NCBI GenBank assembly: GCA_018816555.1
Contig: JAHIVT010000059.1
Coordinates: forward strand, 7,309-71,308
Length of the DNA stretch: 64,000 nt
Direction of reading: 5' to 3'
Origin: Pseudomonadota bacterium
Lineage (GTDB): Bacteria > Desulfobacterota > Desulfobulbia > Desulfobulbales > SURF-16
Part shown: positions 53,472 through 63,255 of the stretch, piece after piece
Numbering within the stretch: position 1 is the stretch's first letter
Layout: each line of letters opens with the position of its first letter
Translations under genes and position numbers: made by a program
The notes under the pieces: generated by a model
Told to the model about the DNA's origin: nothing
The model's database searches: none
Seen by the model: the letters and a program-made list of their open reading frames with translations, nothing else

Positions 53472-54773
53472 ATGGAACCGGCTAAAAATCTTCAGGACCT
53501 CTCACATATAAATATAACCCACCCACGCTTCGGTGATCTCACCCGGCCCCAGGCCGTCAGCCTGGCAAATCCCGCCGAAAACCAGCTTCTCCCGCCCTTT
53601 TGTGAGAAGGATCTCGCCTATATCCATCTTTCGGTCACCGGACGCTGTAATGCCCGGTGCAAGGGCTGCATCAATTCCACCATCTCCAATTCCTTTACCG
53701 ATGACCGCAGAGTGGTCGCACCGATCCAGGACACCGTGCCGGAACGGGATGCGGCATGCATCCTCCATCTGCTGGCAGAGACGGACAAGGAAGGAGCGAT
53801 TATCTGTTTTTACGGCGGTGAGCCCCTGCTGGCTATGGACAAGCTCATAAAGATAAAAGAGATTATCGACCATGCCTGCTGTACTCTACCGGTCCGCTAC
53901 ATGCTGTACACCAACGGCAGCCTGCTTGATAAGGAGGTGGCAAATCATCCCGATTTCTTCAGGGATCTCTGGCTCACCTCCATCTCCATTGACGGACGCA
54001 GGCAGCAGCATGAAGCGGTGCGCCCCGGCACGGATCTGCAGAAAATCCATCAGGGGCTGATCGCCCTGCGCAGGATTGCCACCGGCAAAATCCTCATGTG
54101 GTCCACCCTGCGGGAAAACCAGTCCCTGGCCGACTGCTTTGCCGAATTTCTTGGTCTCCATGAGCAGAAACTGATGGATCTCTTTTTCTGGCACTGGGTG
54201 GAAACGGAGCAGCCCTTTGAACGATTCGCGGACTATTGCGCCCGGTACGAAGCCGACCTGGAGCTGGTGATGGATCACTATCTTGCCCGGCTCAGGGAGG
54301 GCTCTATCCTGCCCCTGATTCACATCAACGAACTGATTATTTTCGCCCTCACCGGCCTGCGCCGCAATTCTTCCGGCTGCGGGGTGGAAGTGGCTGATAA
54401 TTTCGATCTGATTGACGGCAAGATCCACTCCTGCGCCGACCTGCCCCCGGAGATGGCCATCGGCCATATTGACCCTGAGGGACATCCCCATATCCGTCCT
54501 GTTGATCTCATGGGCCTGGTGGAGTACAAAAAAACCCTGGGCTGCTACCAGTGCGGGGTGCATGATTACTGCGGCGGCCGCTGTCCGGTGCAGGCGCACA
54601 TCAGCAGCGGGGAGCGTCTTCGCCAGTATTGCCAGCTCATGCGGCTGCACGTGGGCATTGTCCTGTCCTCTCTCGATGAGATCAGAAAAGCCATGGCTGC
54701 CCACGGTCTCACTCCCCAGCATCTCTATGACCAGGCGGCATTCTATGCCCAGTTTACCGATGTGACGCCATGA
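53472..54773 (+). CDS. Radical SAM enzyme with a C-terminal SPASM-type Cys cluster
   Basis: The CX3CX2C motif is CNARCKGC. FYGGEPLL is the GGE-type SAM motif. The C-terminal Cys cluster is CYQCGVHDYCGGRCP. Confidence 0.8.
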   Translation: MEPAKNLQDLSHINITHPRFGDLTRPQAVSLANPAENQLLPPFCEKDLAYIHLSVTGRCNARCKGCINSTISNSFTDDRRVVAPIQDTVPERDAACILHLLAETDKEGAIICFYGGEPLLAMDKLIKIKEIIDHACCTLPVRYMLYTNGSLLDKEVANHPDFFRDLWLTSISIDGRRQQHEAVRPGTDLQKIHQGLIALRRIATGKILMWSTLRENQSLADCFAEFLGLHEQKLMDLFFWHWVETEQPFERFADYCARYEADLELVMDHYLARLREGSILPLIHINELIIFALTGLRRNSSGCGVEVADNFDLIDGKIHSCADLPPEMAIGHIDPEGHPHIRPVDLMGLVEYKKTLGCYQCGVHDYCGGRCPVQAHISSGERLRQYCQLMRLHVGIVLSSLDEIRKAMAAHGLTPQHLYDQAAFYAQFTDVTP

Positions 54774-55954
54774 GTCTGCTCACCCGTCAGAGAAACTTCG
54801 ACACCCTGATCGTGGCCGGCGTCGGGGCAATCGGCAGCAGCATGATCAGCCTTGGTTGCGATGTGCTGCCATTCTTTAAAAAAGTGATTCTGGTGGATCT
54901 TGATGCCGGCCGCTTTGCCGGGTTCCGCAGCCGCGGCTTCAGCTTTGTGCAGGGCTCGGTGGAAGACAGTGAGGTGCTTGCCAAAGTAACGGACATGGTG
55001 GAGGGCAAGGGACTGTTGGTCAATCTCTGCGCAGATGTGGACAATGTGCTGATTCGTCGCATGCTGGCCCCTCGTGACCTGGCCTATGTGGACTCCTGCG
55101 CCGGGGCAGGCCGCAATCCAGGGGAGCACCTTTTCAGCAGCAGCATGGAGTATGCCCTGACCCCGGTGGAAAGCCGCTGCCCCCAATGGCTCTGCTGGGG
55201 AATCAACCCCGGCATGGTGGAGATCATTGTCCGCCGTATCATGCGGGAAACCCCCCAGCTTCGTGGCGGGCTGGATGTTACTGTTTATGAACATGATCAG
55301 CTTGAGGCCCCGGATCTTGATAAAAAAATTGCGGTGGGTTGGTGCCCCTCCGCCTTTATTGAAGAGATGATGCTTTTCCCCACCCTGGAGATCAGAAACG
55401 GCCTGCCCCGCGAAGATTGCCAGCCTGGAGCCCGCCGGGCCATGGCCTTCTGGCAGGGCGATCCCATTGCCTCCCGCATCGTCGCCCACGAGGATATCTG
55501 GAACATGGGCATGATAGGCGGAGTCAAGGACGCCTGTTTTGTCTACGGTCTGCACCCTCTGGTCATGGGCATCCTGGATCGCACCCCCCGGGAGGCGGAG
55601 GATGTTCTGCAGGTCCCTCCGGCAAACGTTCCTGTCTGCGGCCTTGAACGGGTGGCCGTCAGGGTAGGCGACGCTGCAGCCCATTGGCAGAGAACCCTGT
55701 GCTGGCAGACAGACCACCAACAGACCTGGAAAGAGCATGGCATCAATGCCGTACAGCTGCAAACCGCCCTCTCCATGCTGCTGGCTGTCCTGCTCCTGCA
55801 GCAGACCCGTTACGGCAGGTTGGCCGGCACCTATTGCGCCGCTGATCTGCCCATTTGCGCCGGGGACTGGCAGGAGTTCGAGCGGATCATGCCGGCCCTT
55901 GGCATGGCCTGGGAGGATGGTGACCATCTTGATCTCCGTTTCCAGAGAATGTGA
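54770..55954 (+). CDS. Saccharopine-dehydrogenase / homospermidine-synthase-like NAD(P)-binding protein
   Basis: The N-terminal Rossmann motif is LIVAGVGAIGSS. WGINPGMVE and GWCPSAFIEE resemble the GANPG and W-S-x-x-G-F-x-E-E motifs of the family. It overlaps the rSAM gene by 4 nt (ATGA). Confidence 0.55.
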   Translation: MSLLTRQRNFDTLIVAGVGAIGSSMISLGCDVLPFFKKVILVDLDAGRFAGFRSRGFSFVQGSVEDSEVLAKVTDMVEGKGLLVNLCADVDNVLIRRMLAPRDLAYVDSCAGAGRNPGEHLFSSSMEYALTPVESRCPQWLCWGINPGMVEIIVRRIMRETPQLRGGLDVTVYEHDQLEAPDLDKKIAVGWCPSAFIEEMMLFPTLEIRNGLPREDCQPGARRAMAFWQGDPIASRIVAHEDIWNMGMIGGVKDACFVYGLHPLVMGILDRTPREAEDVLQVPPANVPVCGLERVAVRVGDAAAHWQRTLCWQTDHQQTWKEHGINAVQLQTALSMLLAVLLLQQTRYGRLAGTYCAADLPICAGDWQEFERIMPALGMAWEDGDHLDLRFQRM

Positions 55955-56055
55955 GTTGGTGGGAAATCTCTCCATAACCCATCAGGAATAAGAGCACTTT
56001 TACAAAATCCAGAGAAGAAGAGGAACGATTGCATCCGAGTACATGAGGGAAAGAG

Positions 56056-56418
56056 ATGGCGAAAACAACTATCACCTACTGGAACCCGCTCAGCCCTGAA
56101 AACAACCATAAATGGCTGCCAATCAAAGGCCTTGGGGGAATGGCTGAGGAATTGACCTTGAGTATTGACGAGCAAAGCGGTGAATATACCCGTTTAACTC
56201 GATTTCATCCCGGGGCGGACACAACCCCCTTTGGCGGCAAAAGCCATGATTACCCTGAAGAAGTCTTTATTGTCAGCGGACGCCTTTATGATGCCGCATT
56301 TGATTTGTGGCTGGAAGCCGGCCATTATGCCAGCAGGCCTCCGGGTGAGCTACACGGGCCGTTCCGCACCGATAGAGGATGTGTGGTGCTTGAACTGTCG
56401 TTTCCCAATAGAAATTAA
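56056..56418 (+). CDS. Cupin-domain protein (ChrR-cupin-like)
   Basis: 120 aa. The core HDYPEEVFIVSGRLYD...GHYASRPPGELHGPF fits the cupin pattern. Confidence 0.55.
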   Translation: MAKTTITYWNPLSPENNHKWLPIKGLGGMAEELTLSIDEQSGEYTRLTRFHPGADTTPFGGKSHDYPEEVFIVSGRLYDAAFDLWLEAGHYASRPPGELHGPFRTDRGCVVLELSFPNRN

Positions 56419-56455
56419 TAGATAAGCAAGCCATTCAAACGAAGGAGAACAGCTT

Positions 56456-57022
56456 ATGCAGGCACGTGGCCCCCTCATGATAGAGCATCGGTTCATTGAA
56501 CGGATGATCACTTTAATCAAGCATGCCCTGGCTCAGACGGAGAAAACCAGGGAAATTGATCCGGTGTTCGTCGACAAGGCGGTTGACTTTGTCCGGACCT
56601 ATGCGGACCGCACCCACCACGGCAAAGAGGAAGACATCCTGTTTAAGAACCTGCAGGACAAAAAACTGTCAGATGCGGATCGCAGAGTCATGAATGAACT
56701 GATCGAAGAACATGCCTTCGGACGGACCACCACCAGGGCTCTCGTCGCGGCTAATACCCGTTATCGGAACGGCGACGCCTCGGCCCTAGCAGACATTGCC
56801 AACTGCCTGCGCACCCTGGTGGATTTCTACCCAAAGCATATCGAGAAAGAGGATAAAGTCTTTTTCCCTGCCTCCCGGGTCTACTTCACCGAAGCAGAAG
56901 ACCAGGCAATGCTTGCTGCGTTCTGGGAATTCGATCGGCAGATGATTCACGAACACTATAAGTCTGTGGTCGATGACCTGGAAAAACACTATGCAGTCCC
57001 GGCAACTGCCACAAGCTCGTAA
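56456..57022 (+). CDS. Hemerythrin-domain protein
   Basis: Motifs are LMIEHRFIERM, HHGKEEDILF, EEH and FWEFD. Length is 188 aa. Confidence 0.65.
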   Translation: MQARGPLMIEHRFIERMITLIKHALAQTEKTREIDPVFVDKAVDFVRTYADRTHHGKEEDILFKNLQDKKLSDADRRVMNELIEEHAFGRTTTRALVAANTRYRNGDASALADIANCLRTLVDFYPKHIEKEDKVFFPASRVYFTEAEDQAMLAAFWEFDRQMIHEHYKSVVDDLEKHYAVPATATSS

Positions 57023-57238
57023 CCGGGCAACGCAGGCAAAAGTACTTAAAATGCACTCAAGTACTTAAATTTTTGCCGCCCTTGCCTTTGCAAATGGCGT
57101 GTGATAGCCCTACAACAGCATGGAGGTTCACGCTGGGTTTTCAGTCTCGCGGGTATACTTTGCAACTAAGTGCAATCAAGACAACACCCATCGGGTTGGG
57201 GTAAAGCAACCCGTTCATGAATTGACAAGGAGAGAACC

Positions 57239-57664
57239 ATGATCAAACGTACTGTAATTCTTTCAGTTGTGGCCGGCGTTGTATCAATGTTTCCTGTTGT
57301 TTCCATGGGTGCGGAACAGGATCACACCCAGGTACAAACCCAGATGCAGCAACAGGAGCAAATATATGGCAGCCAGTTAATGAGCCCCGAGGAAATGGCC
57401 GAGCACCGGGCAAAAATGCGTAGCTTGAAGACCAATGAGGAACGAGAGGCTTACCGTTTGGAGCATCATCAGATGATGCAGGAGCGCGCAAGAGAACAAG
57501 GAGTCACCCTGCCTGATGAACCGCCCACCCCGGGAGGAGAAATGGGGTCTGGCATGGGTATGGGAAGTGGGGGTATGGGTTCCGGTAGTGGCATGGGCTC
57601 GGGAGGCGGTGCTATGGGAAGTGGCGGCATGGGTATGGGATCCGGCGGTGGCCGCAACCGCTGA
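57239..57664 (+). CDS. Secreted protein with a Gly/Met/Ser-rich low-complexity C-terminus
   Basis: It has a signal peptide (VILSVVAGVVSMFPVVSMGA), a helical EEMAEHRAKMRSLKTNEEREAYRLEHHQMMQERAREQG segment, and then a tail of GMG/SG repeats. Confidence 0.6.
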   Translation: MIKRTVILSVVAGVVSMFPVVSMGAEQDHTQVQTQMQQQEQIYGSQLMSPEEMAEHRAKMRSLKTNEEREAYRLEHHQMMQERAREQGVTLPDEPPTPGGEMGSGMGMGSGGMGSGSGMGSGGGAMGSGGMGMGSGGGRNR

Positions 57665-58218
57665 CATTGCCTGCAATTGGAACTTGAGAGGCGCCGCATC
57701 CGTGGCGTCTCTCTCTGTCTGCTGCAGCCACATCATCCTTTTCCATTCTCCCTATCCCTTTCAGCAAAGATTTCATATTGAAATGCCGACAGCCTGACTA
57801 ATGGCTTAATCCCCTGTCAGGCATGGATTTGCACGCCCCTCCCCCCTGCCATTTCAAAATGAAATGCGAACTCTATAAAAACCACTTCACTTCCCTGTCC
57901 CCCCGCGCCCTGTTTTCCAAACGTGGCACACCCAGTCGTCAATAGACTCAGCCAGTCCGCTCCATTCCCTGCTCTGCAGTGAGCAGACCTTCCCCATTGC
58001 CCGGCTCAACATAATCCGCGACTGCGGCGTATAAAATTAAATCAATAATTCCAAAAACATAACCACTTATTTCTGCCATATTTTTCTCTATTCCAGTCTC
58101 TGGCACGGTTCCTGATAATACCAGATGATGAAAGGAACCGAAGCTTGCACGCGCTGGCACTTTCAGCAACTGAACGGCCGGGTACAAGAAGTTAAGGAAG
58201 CAGTGGAATGAAGGAAAC

Positions 58219-58680
58219 ATGAACAGAATTCTGGTAGCAGTTGAGACCGGGCACCCAAGCGTGTCAGCCGTGGTTTATGCCCTTAATCTTGCACAACGGA
58301 TACAGGCTCAGATCTCTTTTCTTCTGATCGACCACCCTGGTGACGAGGTTGACGCCTCGGCGGGAGAGACCAATGATGAGTTTACCGTACAGAAACAATT
58401 ACTCACTCTCATCAGCGACAGCAGTCGCAGGGATGGAGTGAAGGTAAATTTCTATGTGGGGAACGGGTCCTATGAAATGGAACTTATCAATTTTGTTCAG
58501 CAAAACAATATTTCCCTGCTGATCGTCGGCTTTCCCGCCCCCGGCCAGCAAGAGGGAGCAGGTCGCTTTCTGGAGAGGCTGATGAACATCAAACAAAAAA
58601 TCAACTGCCGGATCATGATTGTATCAGAGAAGTTATCCAGCACAAGTTTAACATTCAACCAAAAAAGAGGAGTACGTTAA
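58219..58680 (+). CDS. Universal-stress-protein-like (USP fold) protein
   Basis: ILVAVETGHPSVSAVVYALNLAQ and LLIVGF resemble the USP pattern, but the match is weak. It abuts the TauE gene (58680). Confidence 0.4.
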   Translation: MNRILVAVETGHPSVSAVVYALNLAQRIQAQISFLLIDHPGDEVDASAGETNDEFTVQKQLLTLISDSSRRDGVKVNFYVGNGSYEMELINFVQQNNISLLIVGFPAPGQQEGAGRFLERLMNIKQKINCRIMIVSEKLSSTSLTFNQKRGVR

Positions 58681-59612
58681 TGTGGCACATGTATCTTCCA
58701 ATCGCGGGAAACAGCGTGAATATTCTAACGATTTTCGGCCTGGGAGGGGCGGTCGGCCTCCTGTCCGGCATCTTTGGCGTGGGAGGCGGTTTTCTCATGA
58801 CCCCTCTGCTGATCATGTTCGGTATCCCGGCCACGGTGGCGGCAGCCTCTGATTCCAATCAGATCGTCGGCGCCTCCACTTCAGGCACCCTGGCCCACTG
58901 GAAACTGGGCAATGTTGATTTCAAAATGGGCTTTCTGCTGCTCATCGGCGGCGTTCTGGGCGGCACCCTGGGCGTACAGGTCATCAAGATCCTGCGAGCC
59001 ATGGGCAATGCCGACTTTCTCATCACCGTAACCTACGTGCTGATGCTGGGTGGCGTGGGCTCTTACATGTTCATTGAGGCCCTCCAGTCGCTTAAGAAAA
59101 CAGAGGCCCCGGTTGTGTCAGCAACAGCTGCTCCGAAGAAAGAGTCCACCTACGCCCGGATGCTGAAGAAACTGCCCTGGCAGACCAAGTTCGCCAAGTC
59201 GGGAGTTGAGATCTCCCTGCTGCTGCCGCTCGTCCTCGGCACACTGGTCGGCGTGCTTGCAGCCATCATGGGAGTGGGCGGCGGTTTCATCATGGTACCG
59301 GTCATGGTCTATCTGCTGAGAATGCCCATGCACGTGGTCGTAGGAACCAGCCTGTTCCAGATTCTCTTTACCTGTGTAAACGTAACAATCATGCAGTCAT
59401 GGAGCAACCACACCGTGGATTTCGTGCTGGCGCTCCTGCTGCTGCTCGGATCAACCATTGGCGCTCAGGTCGGCACCAAGTTAAGCAAAAAACTGAAAGG
59501 CGATCAGCTGAAAATCCTGCTGGCATCACTGGTATTGATTGTCTGTGTGAAAATGATGGCCGACCTGCTGCTGACGCCAGACATACTTTTATCATACAAA
59601 GGGGGGCACTAA
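58680..59612 (+). CDS. Sulfite exporter TauE/SafE family permease
   Basis: 310 aa and polytopic. The duplicated GVGGGFLMTPLL / GVGGGFIMVPVM motifs are typical of TauE. Confidence 0.8.
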   Translation: MWHMYLPIAGNSVNILTIFGLGGAVGLLSGIFGVGGGFLMTPLLIMFGIPATVAAASDSNQIVGASTSGTLAHWKLGNVDFKMGFLLLIGGVLGGTLGVQVIKILRAMGNADFLITVTYVLMLGGVGSYMFIEALQSLKKTEAPVVSATAAPKKESTYARMLKKLPWQTKFAKSGVEISLLLPLVLGTLVGVLAAIMGVGGGFIMVPVMVYLLRMPMHVVVGTSLFQILFTCVNVTIMQSWSNHTVDFVLALLLLLGSTIGAQVGTKLSKKLKGDQLKILLASLVLIVCVKMMADLLLTPDILLSYKGGH

Positions 59613-59613
59613 T

Positions 59614-60405
59614 ATGTCTCAGAAAATTGTCATTACACTGTTTTTCCTGTTCGCAACTCTTGTCAGTCTGCCGCCGGCCCTGCGGGCGGAGCAGCCTGTT
59701 ACCCTCAACCTTGACCCGACCAGCATCAGCATCAGCGCCTTTTACAATGGCACGGATGTCAAAGTTTCCGGCGAAGCGCCGGCGGATGCTGAGCTGCTTA
59801 TCCGCCTCACCGGCACCCGCCATGACGTCACCCTGAAGAAAAAAGGCAAGGTCGGCGGTGTATTGTGGATGAATGTCGGTGAAGTGACCTTTGAAAATGT
59901 GCCCTCCGTCTACCTGTTATACACCTCTAAGGGGTTGGGGGAAATAGCCACATCTGAGAACTCCAACAAGTGGGACAGTATGGGCCTTGGTTTTGATGCA
60001 ATCAAGCAGGAAATGCAGGTTCTCCCCGTTCCCAACGACAAGGAGGTCGTTTTCAAAGAGTTCATGAAACTCAAGAAACACGAAGATCTGTATAAGCTGG
60101 AGCCTGATGCGGTTCAGTTTACCGACGCCACAGGAGCGATGAAGCCTTACACAGCCACCATTCATGTGCCGCCGAAATTAAAACCGGGCACCTACCAGGT
60201 GGATGTGATCGCGGTCAAAGGCGATAAGATCGTTGAAGGCAGCAGCAGCCAGCAGCTCAAATTGACTCAGATCGGATTTCCCGCTTTCCTGTCGTCCATG
60301 GCCTTTGATCGTTCCCTGTTATACGGCATCATGGCCGTTGTCATCGCCATCTTCGCAGGCCTTGGCACGAGCCTTATATTCAGGAGCAAGGGTGGTGCTC
60401 ATTAA
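59614..60405 (+). CDS. TIGR02186-family (Alph_Pro_TM-like) membrane protein
   Basis: It has a signal peptide, a periplasmic domain and a single C-terminal TM helix. It lies immediately after a TauE permease, which is the usual partner as I recall it. Confidence 0.5.
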   Translation: MSQKIVITLFFLFATLVSLPPALRAEQPVTLNLDPTSISISAFYNGTDVKVSGEAPADAELLIRLTGTRHDVTLKKKGKVGGVLWMNVGEVTFENVPSVYLLYTSKGLGEIATSENSNKWDSMGLGFDAIKQEMQVLPVPNDKEVVFKEFMKLKKHEDLYKLEPDAVQFTDATGAMKPYTATIHVPPKLKPGTYQVDVIAVKGDKIVEGSSSQQLKLTQIGFPAFLSSMAFDRSLLYGIMAVVIAIFAGLGTSLIFRSKGGAH

Positions 60406-60507
60406 GCACGGTGACCTATTGCACTATCTATTAAAAAGGCATACTGTTAGGATTGAAATCACTTACGGGGTGTCGGGCTGACAACCGGACACCCCCGGTG
60501 AGGAGAG

Positions 60508-63255
60508 ATGACAATGGTTTCCATCAGCAAGTCTCTTATACGCCTTAATGGCGAGACATATTTACCTCATCCGCTTATGCGGGACTTACCGGATGCCAGG
60601 GGTAATGGAAACCACCCTGTGGCCGACCGGTCCCCGGTTAAAGACAGAAGTTTACAAACAATGAAAAAGATCATTTCATGGGCCAACCGCACCTTTCATC
60701 TGGAACCTAAAACTACTGGGCGTGTTCCTTTTGCCACCCTTTTCGGCAAATTCCAGAATATTCTGGCACTGAACAACCGGTCACTGGAACTCATTGCCGA
60801 GGCCAACGACAAACTGGGTGGCCAATATGTTTTTGATCAGCAGTATATTCACTCTTTCTGCCGGGAGCTGAGGGAACTCGTCGATCAACTGATCTATAAT
60901 TTTGAAGGTCTGGCCCCGCAGAAATACCCGGGAATTTATAAGGTATTCAGAGAGATCAATTACGATATCGAAGCAGACCTGGCCAGGCGCCTGGTGATTT
61001 CCGGTTCCGATTTTGTCATGCCCTATGCACGAATCAGCAGAGAACATATCAATGTGGTGGGGGGCAAAAATGCCCGACTGGCGGAAATGAAAAATGTTCT
61101 CGGTCTGCGTGTCCCGGATGGTTTCGCCATCACGGCCCGCTCCTTTCAGTCTTTCATGGAGTCCAACGAACTCTGGCCCAAGGTACAGGCAATCACCGAA
61201 GACTGGCAACACAACAGACTGAGCGGTGAGCAGGCCTCGGCCAAAATAATGGCCCTTATCCGTAAGGCCACTGTTCCCGTGGACGTGATAAAGGCGGTGC
61301 AGGCTGAACTTGAGCAGCTTCGTCAACGCCGGGAAAACAAGACCCTCCATCTGGCCGTGCGCAGCAGCGCCTGGGGTGAAGACAGCGATTTTTCCTTTGC
61401 CGGCCAGTATAAGAGCATGTTGAATGTGGCCGAAGAGAACCTGTTTCAGGCCTACAAGGATGTGATTGCCAGCACCTTTTCCCCCGCGGCCATGGAATAC
61501 CGGCGCCATAACGGTTTCGGCGATCAGGAAATGTCCATGTCCGTTGCCTGCCAGGCCATGATCGATGCCAGGATAAGCGGGGTGATATATACCATCGCTC
61601 CCTCTTCGCCCCGGCAGGACGACCTGATGATTTCCGCTGCCTGGGGATTGGGTGAACCGGTGGTTTCCGGTGAAATCAGCGCCGATCAGTACACCATCAG
61701 CAGAAAAAAACCACACAAAATTTCAGCCGTCAGCCTGGTGCGCAAGGAAAAACAGCTTATCCTGCAGCCGGAGGGCGGCACAGTAATGCAGAAGGTGGAG
61801 GATTCCCGCAAGAGCAATGCCTCTCTGACCAACGATCAGATCAGCCAACTGGCCACCACCGCTCTGGAGATCGAACAGTTTTTCAGATCCCACATGGATA
61901 TCGAATTTACCATTGACCAGCAGGGGCAACTGGTTATCCTGCAGGCGCGCCCCCTGAACGTGGCATCGCAAAATCCGCAGCAGCTCTGTGACATTGCCGC
62001 CATCGTCAAGAAATATCCTGTTCTCATGAAGGATAAAGGCGTTATTGCCCAGAAAGGAATCGGCGCCGGCAAGATATTTGTGGTGAACAGCAACGCCGAT
62101 CTCAATCATTTTCCCAGCGGCGCCATCCTGGTGGCCAGATATGCATCTCCACTTTACGCCAAGGTGATGAGCAAGGCGCGCGGTATCATCACCGATGTGG
62201 GTTCAGCCACCTGTCACATGGCAACCATCGCCAGGGAATTCCGTGTACCCACCATCGTCAATACGGGCAATGCCACCGAGGTGTTCACCACCGGTCAGGA
62301 TGTCACCATCGATGCCGAGGAAAACATTGTTTACGGGGGAACCATCGACGAACTCTGCTTTTACGGTCTGACCACGGAACGGATTGAAGAGACTTACGAA
62401 TACCGGCTGCTGCGCCGCATTCTGAAAAAAATCGAACCGCTTTACCTGGTGGATCCCACGGAAGAAAATTTCATTCCGGAAGGCTGCCGGAGTTTTCACG
62501 ACATTATCAGGTTTGTCCATGAAAAGGCTGTGGAAGAACTGATTAATCTCCATTACACCCAACAGCACGATCCACAGTCCCTGTCCGGCAAACTGCGCTG
62601 GGATCTGCCCCTTGACATGATCCTCATCGATATCGGCGGCGGTATCACCGCACCAGACAAAGACGGCGACATCGACATCGCTCGGATCGCTTCCATTCCC
62701 ATGCGGGCTTTTGTCAAGGGCCTGAGCAGTCCCGGTGCATGGAACAATGAACCACTGTCCGTTGATATGTCCAGTTTCATGTCCAGTCTGACCAAGACTA
62801 TGCCCGCCGAACTCACCAGTCCTAAATATATGGGACAGAATCTGGCCGTGATCTCGAAGGGATATGCAAACATCAGTCTGCGGCTGGGCTACCACTTCAC
62901 CATTATCGATGCCTATGTCTCCGATAATCTCAATGACAGCTATATCTACTTCCGCTTTGCCGGCGGCGTAAGCGATTTGACCCGCCGTTCACGCAGGGCC
63001 AGATTTTTAGAAAAAATTTTAACGGAAAACGATTTCGTGGTTGAGGTGCACGGCGATCTTGTTATTGCCAGAATCAAGCAACTGCCCACCAGCGACATCG
63101 AAACAAAGATCAACTTTCTTGGTCTGCTGGTGGGATTTACCCGCCAGCTGGACATTCTGCTGATCAGTGATCAGCACATCAACCAGTTCGTTTCAGGCTT
63201 TGAGATGCTGGTTAGAAAAAATACCGATAAATTATATCCGGAGGCACTCACATGA
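60508..63255 (+). CDS. PEP/pyruvate-binding (PPDK_N) plus PEP-utilising mobile-domain protein (phosphoenolpyruvate-synthase-like)
   Basis: The N-terminal ATP-grasp-like region is VGGKNARLAEM. The phospho-histidine swivel motif is GSATCHMATIAREFRVPTIV. The start is more likely the ATG at 60514 (AGGAG 8 nt upstream) and could be 60661. Confidence 0.75.
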   Translation: MTMVSISKSLIRLNGETYLPHPLMRDLPDARGNGNHPVADRSPVKDRSLQTMKKIISWANRTFHLEPKTTGRVPFATLFGKFQNILALNNRSLELIAEANDKLGGQYVFDQQYIHSFCRELRELVDQLIYNFEGLAPQKYPGIYKVFREINYDIEADLARRLVISGSDFVMPYARISREHINVVGGKNARLAEMKNVLGLRVPDGFAITARSFQSFMESNELWPKVQAITEDWQHNRLSGEQASAKIMALIRKATVPVDVIKAVQAELEQLRQRRENKTLHLAVRSSAWGEDSDFSFAGQYKSMLNVAEENLFQAYKDVIASTFSPAAMEYRRHNGFGDQEMSMSVACQAMIDARISGVIYTIAPSSPRQDDLMISAAWGLGEPVVSGEISADQYTISRKKPHKISAVSLVRKEKQLILQPEGGTVMQKVEDSRKSNASLTNDQISQLATTALEIEQFFRSHMDIEFTIDQQGQLVILQARPLNVASQNPQQLCDIAAIVKKYPVLMKDKGVIAQKGIGAGKIFVVNSNADLNHFPSGAILVARYASPLYAKVMSKARGIITDVGSATCHMATIAREFRVPTIVNTGNATEVFTTGQDVTIDAEENIVYGGTIDELCFYGLTTERIEETYEYRLLRRILKKIEPLYLVDPTEENFIPEGCRSFHDIIRFVHEKAVEELINLHYTQQHDPQSLSGKLRWDLPLDMILIDIGGGITAPDKDGDIDIARIASIPMRAFVKGLSSPGAWNNEPLSVDMSSFMSSLTKTMPAELTSPKYMGQNLAVISKGYANISLRLGYHFTIIDAYVSDNLNDSYIYFRFAGGVSDLTRRSRRARFLEKILTENDFVVEVHGDLVIARIKQLPTSDIETKINFLGLLVGFTRQLDILLISDQHINQFVSGFEMLVRKNTDKLYPEALT

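Noticed and set aside
57948-58220. A 90-aa minus-strand ORF between the Gly/Met-rich gene and the USP-like gene.
   Set aside because: It has no motif or SD and overlaps the probable promoter region of the 58219 gene, so I left it unannotated.
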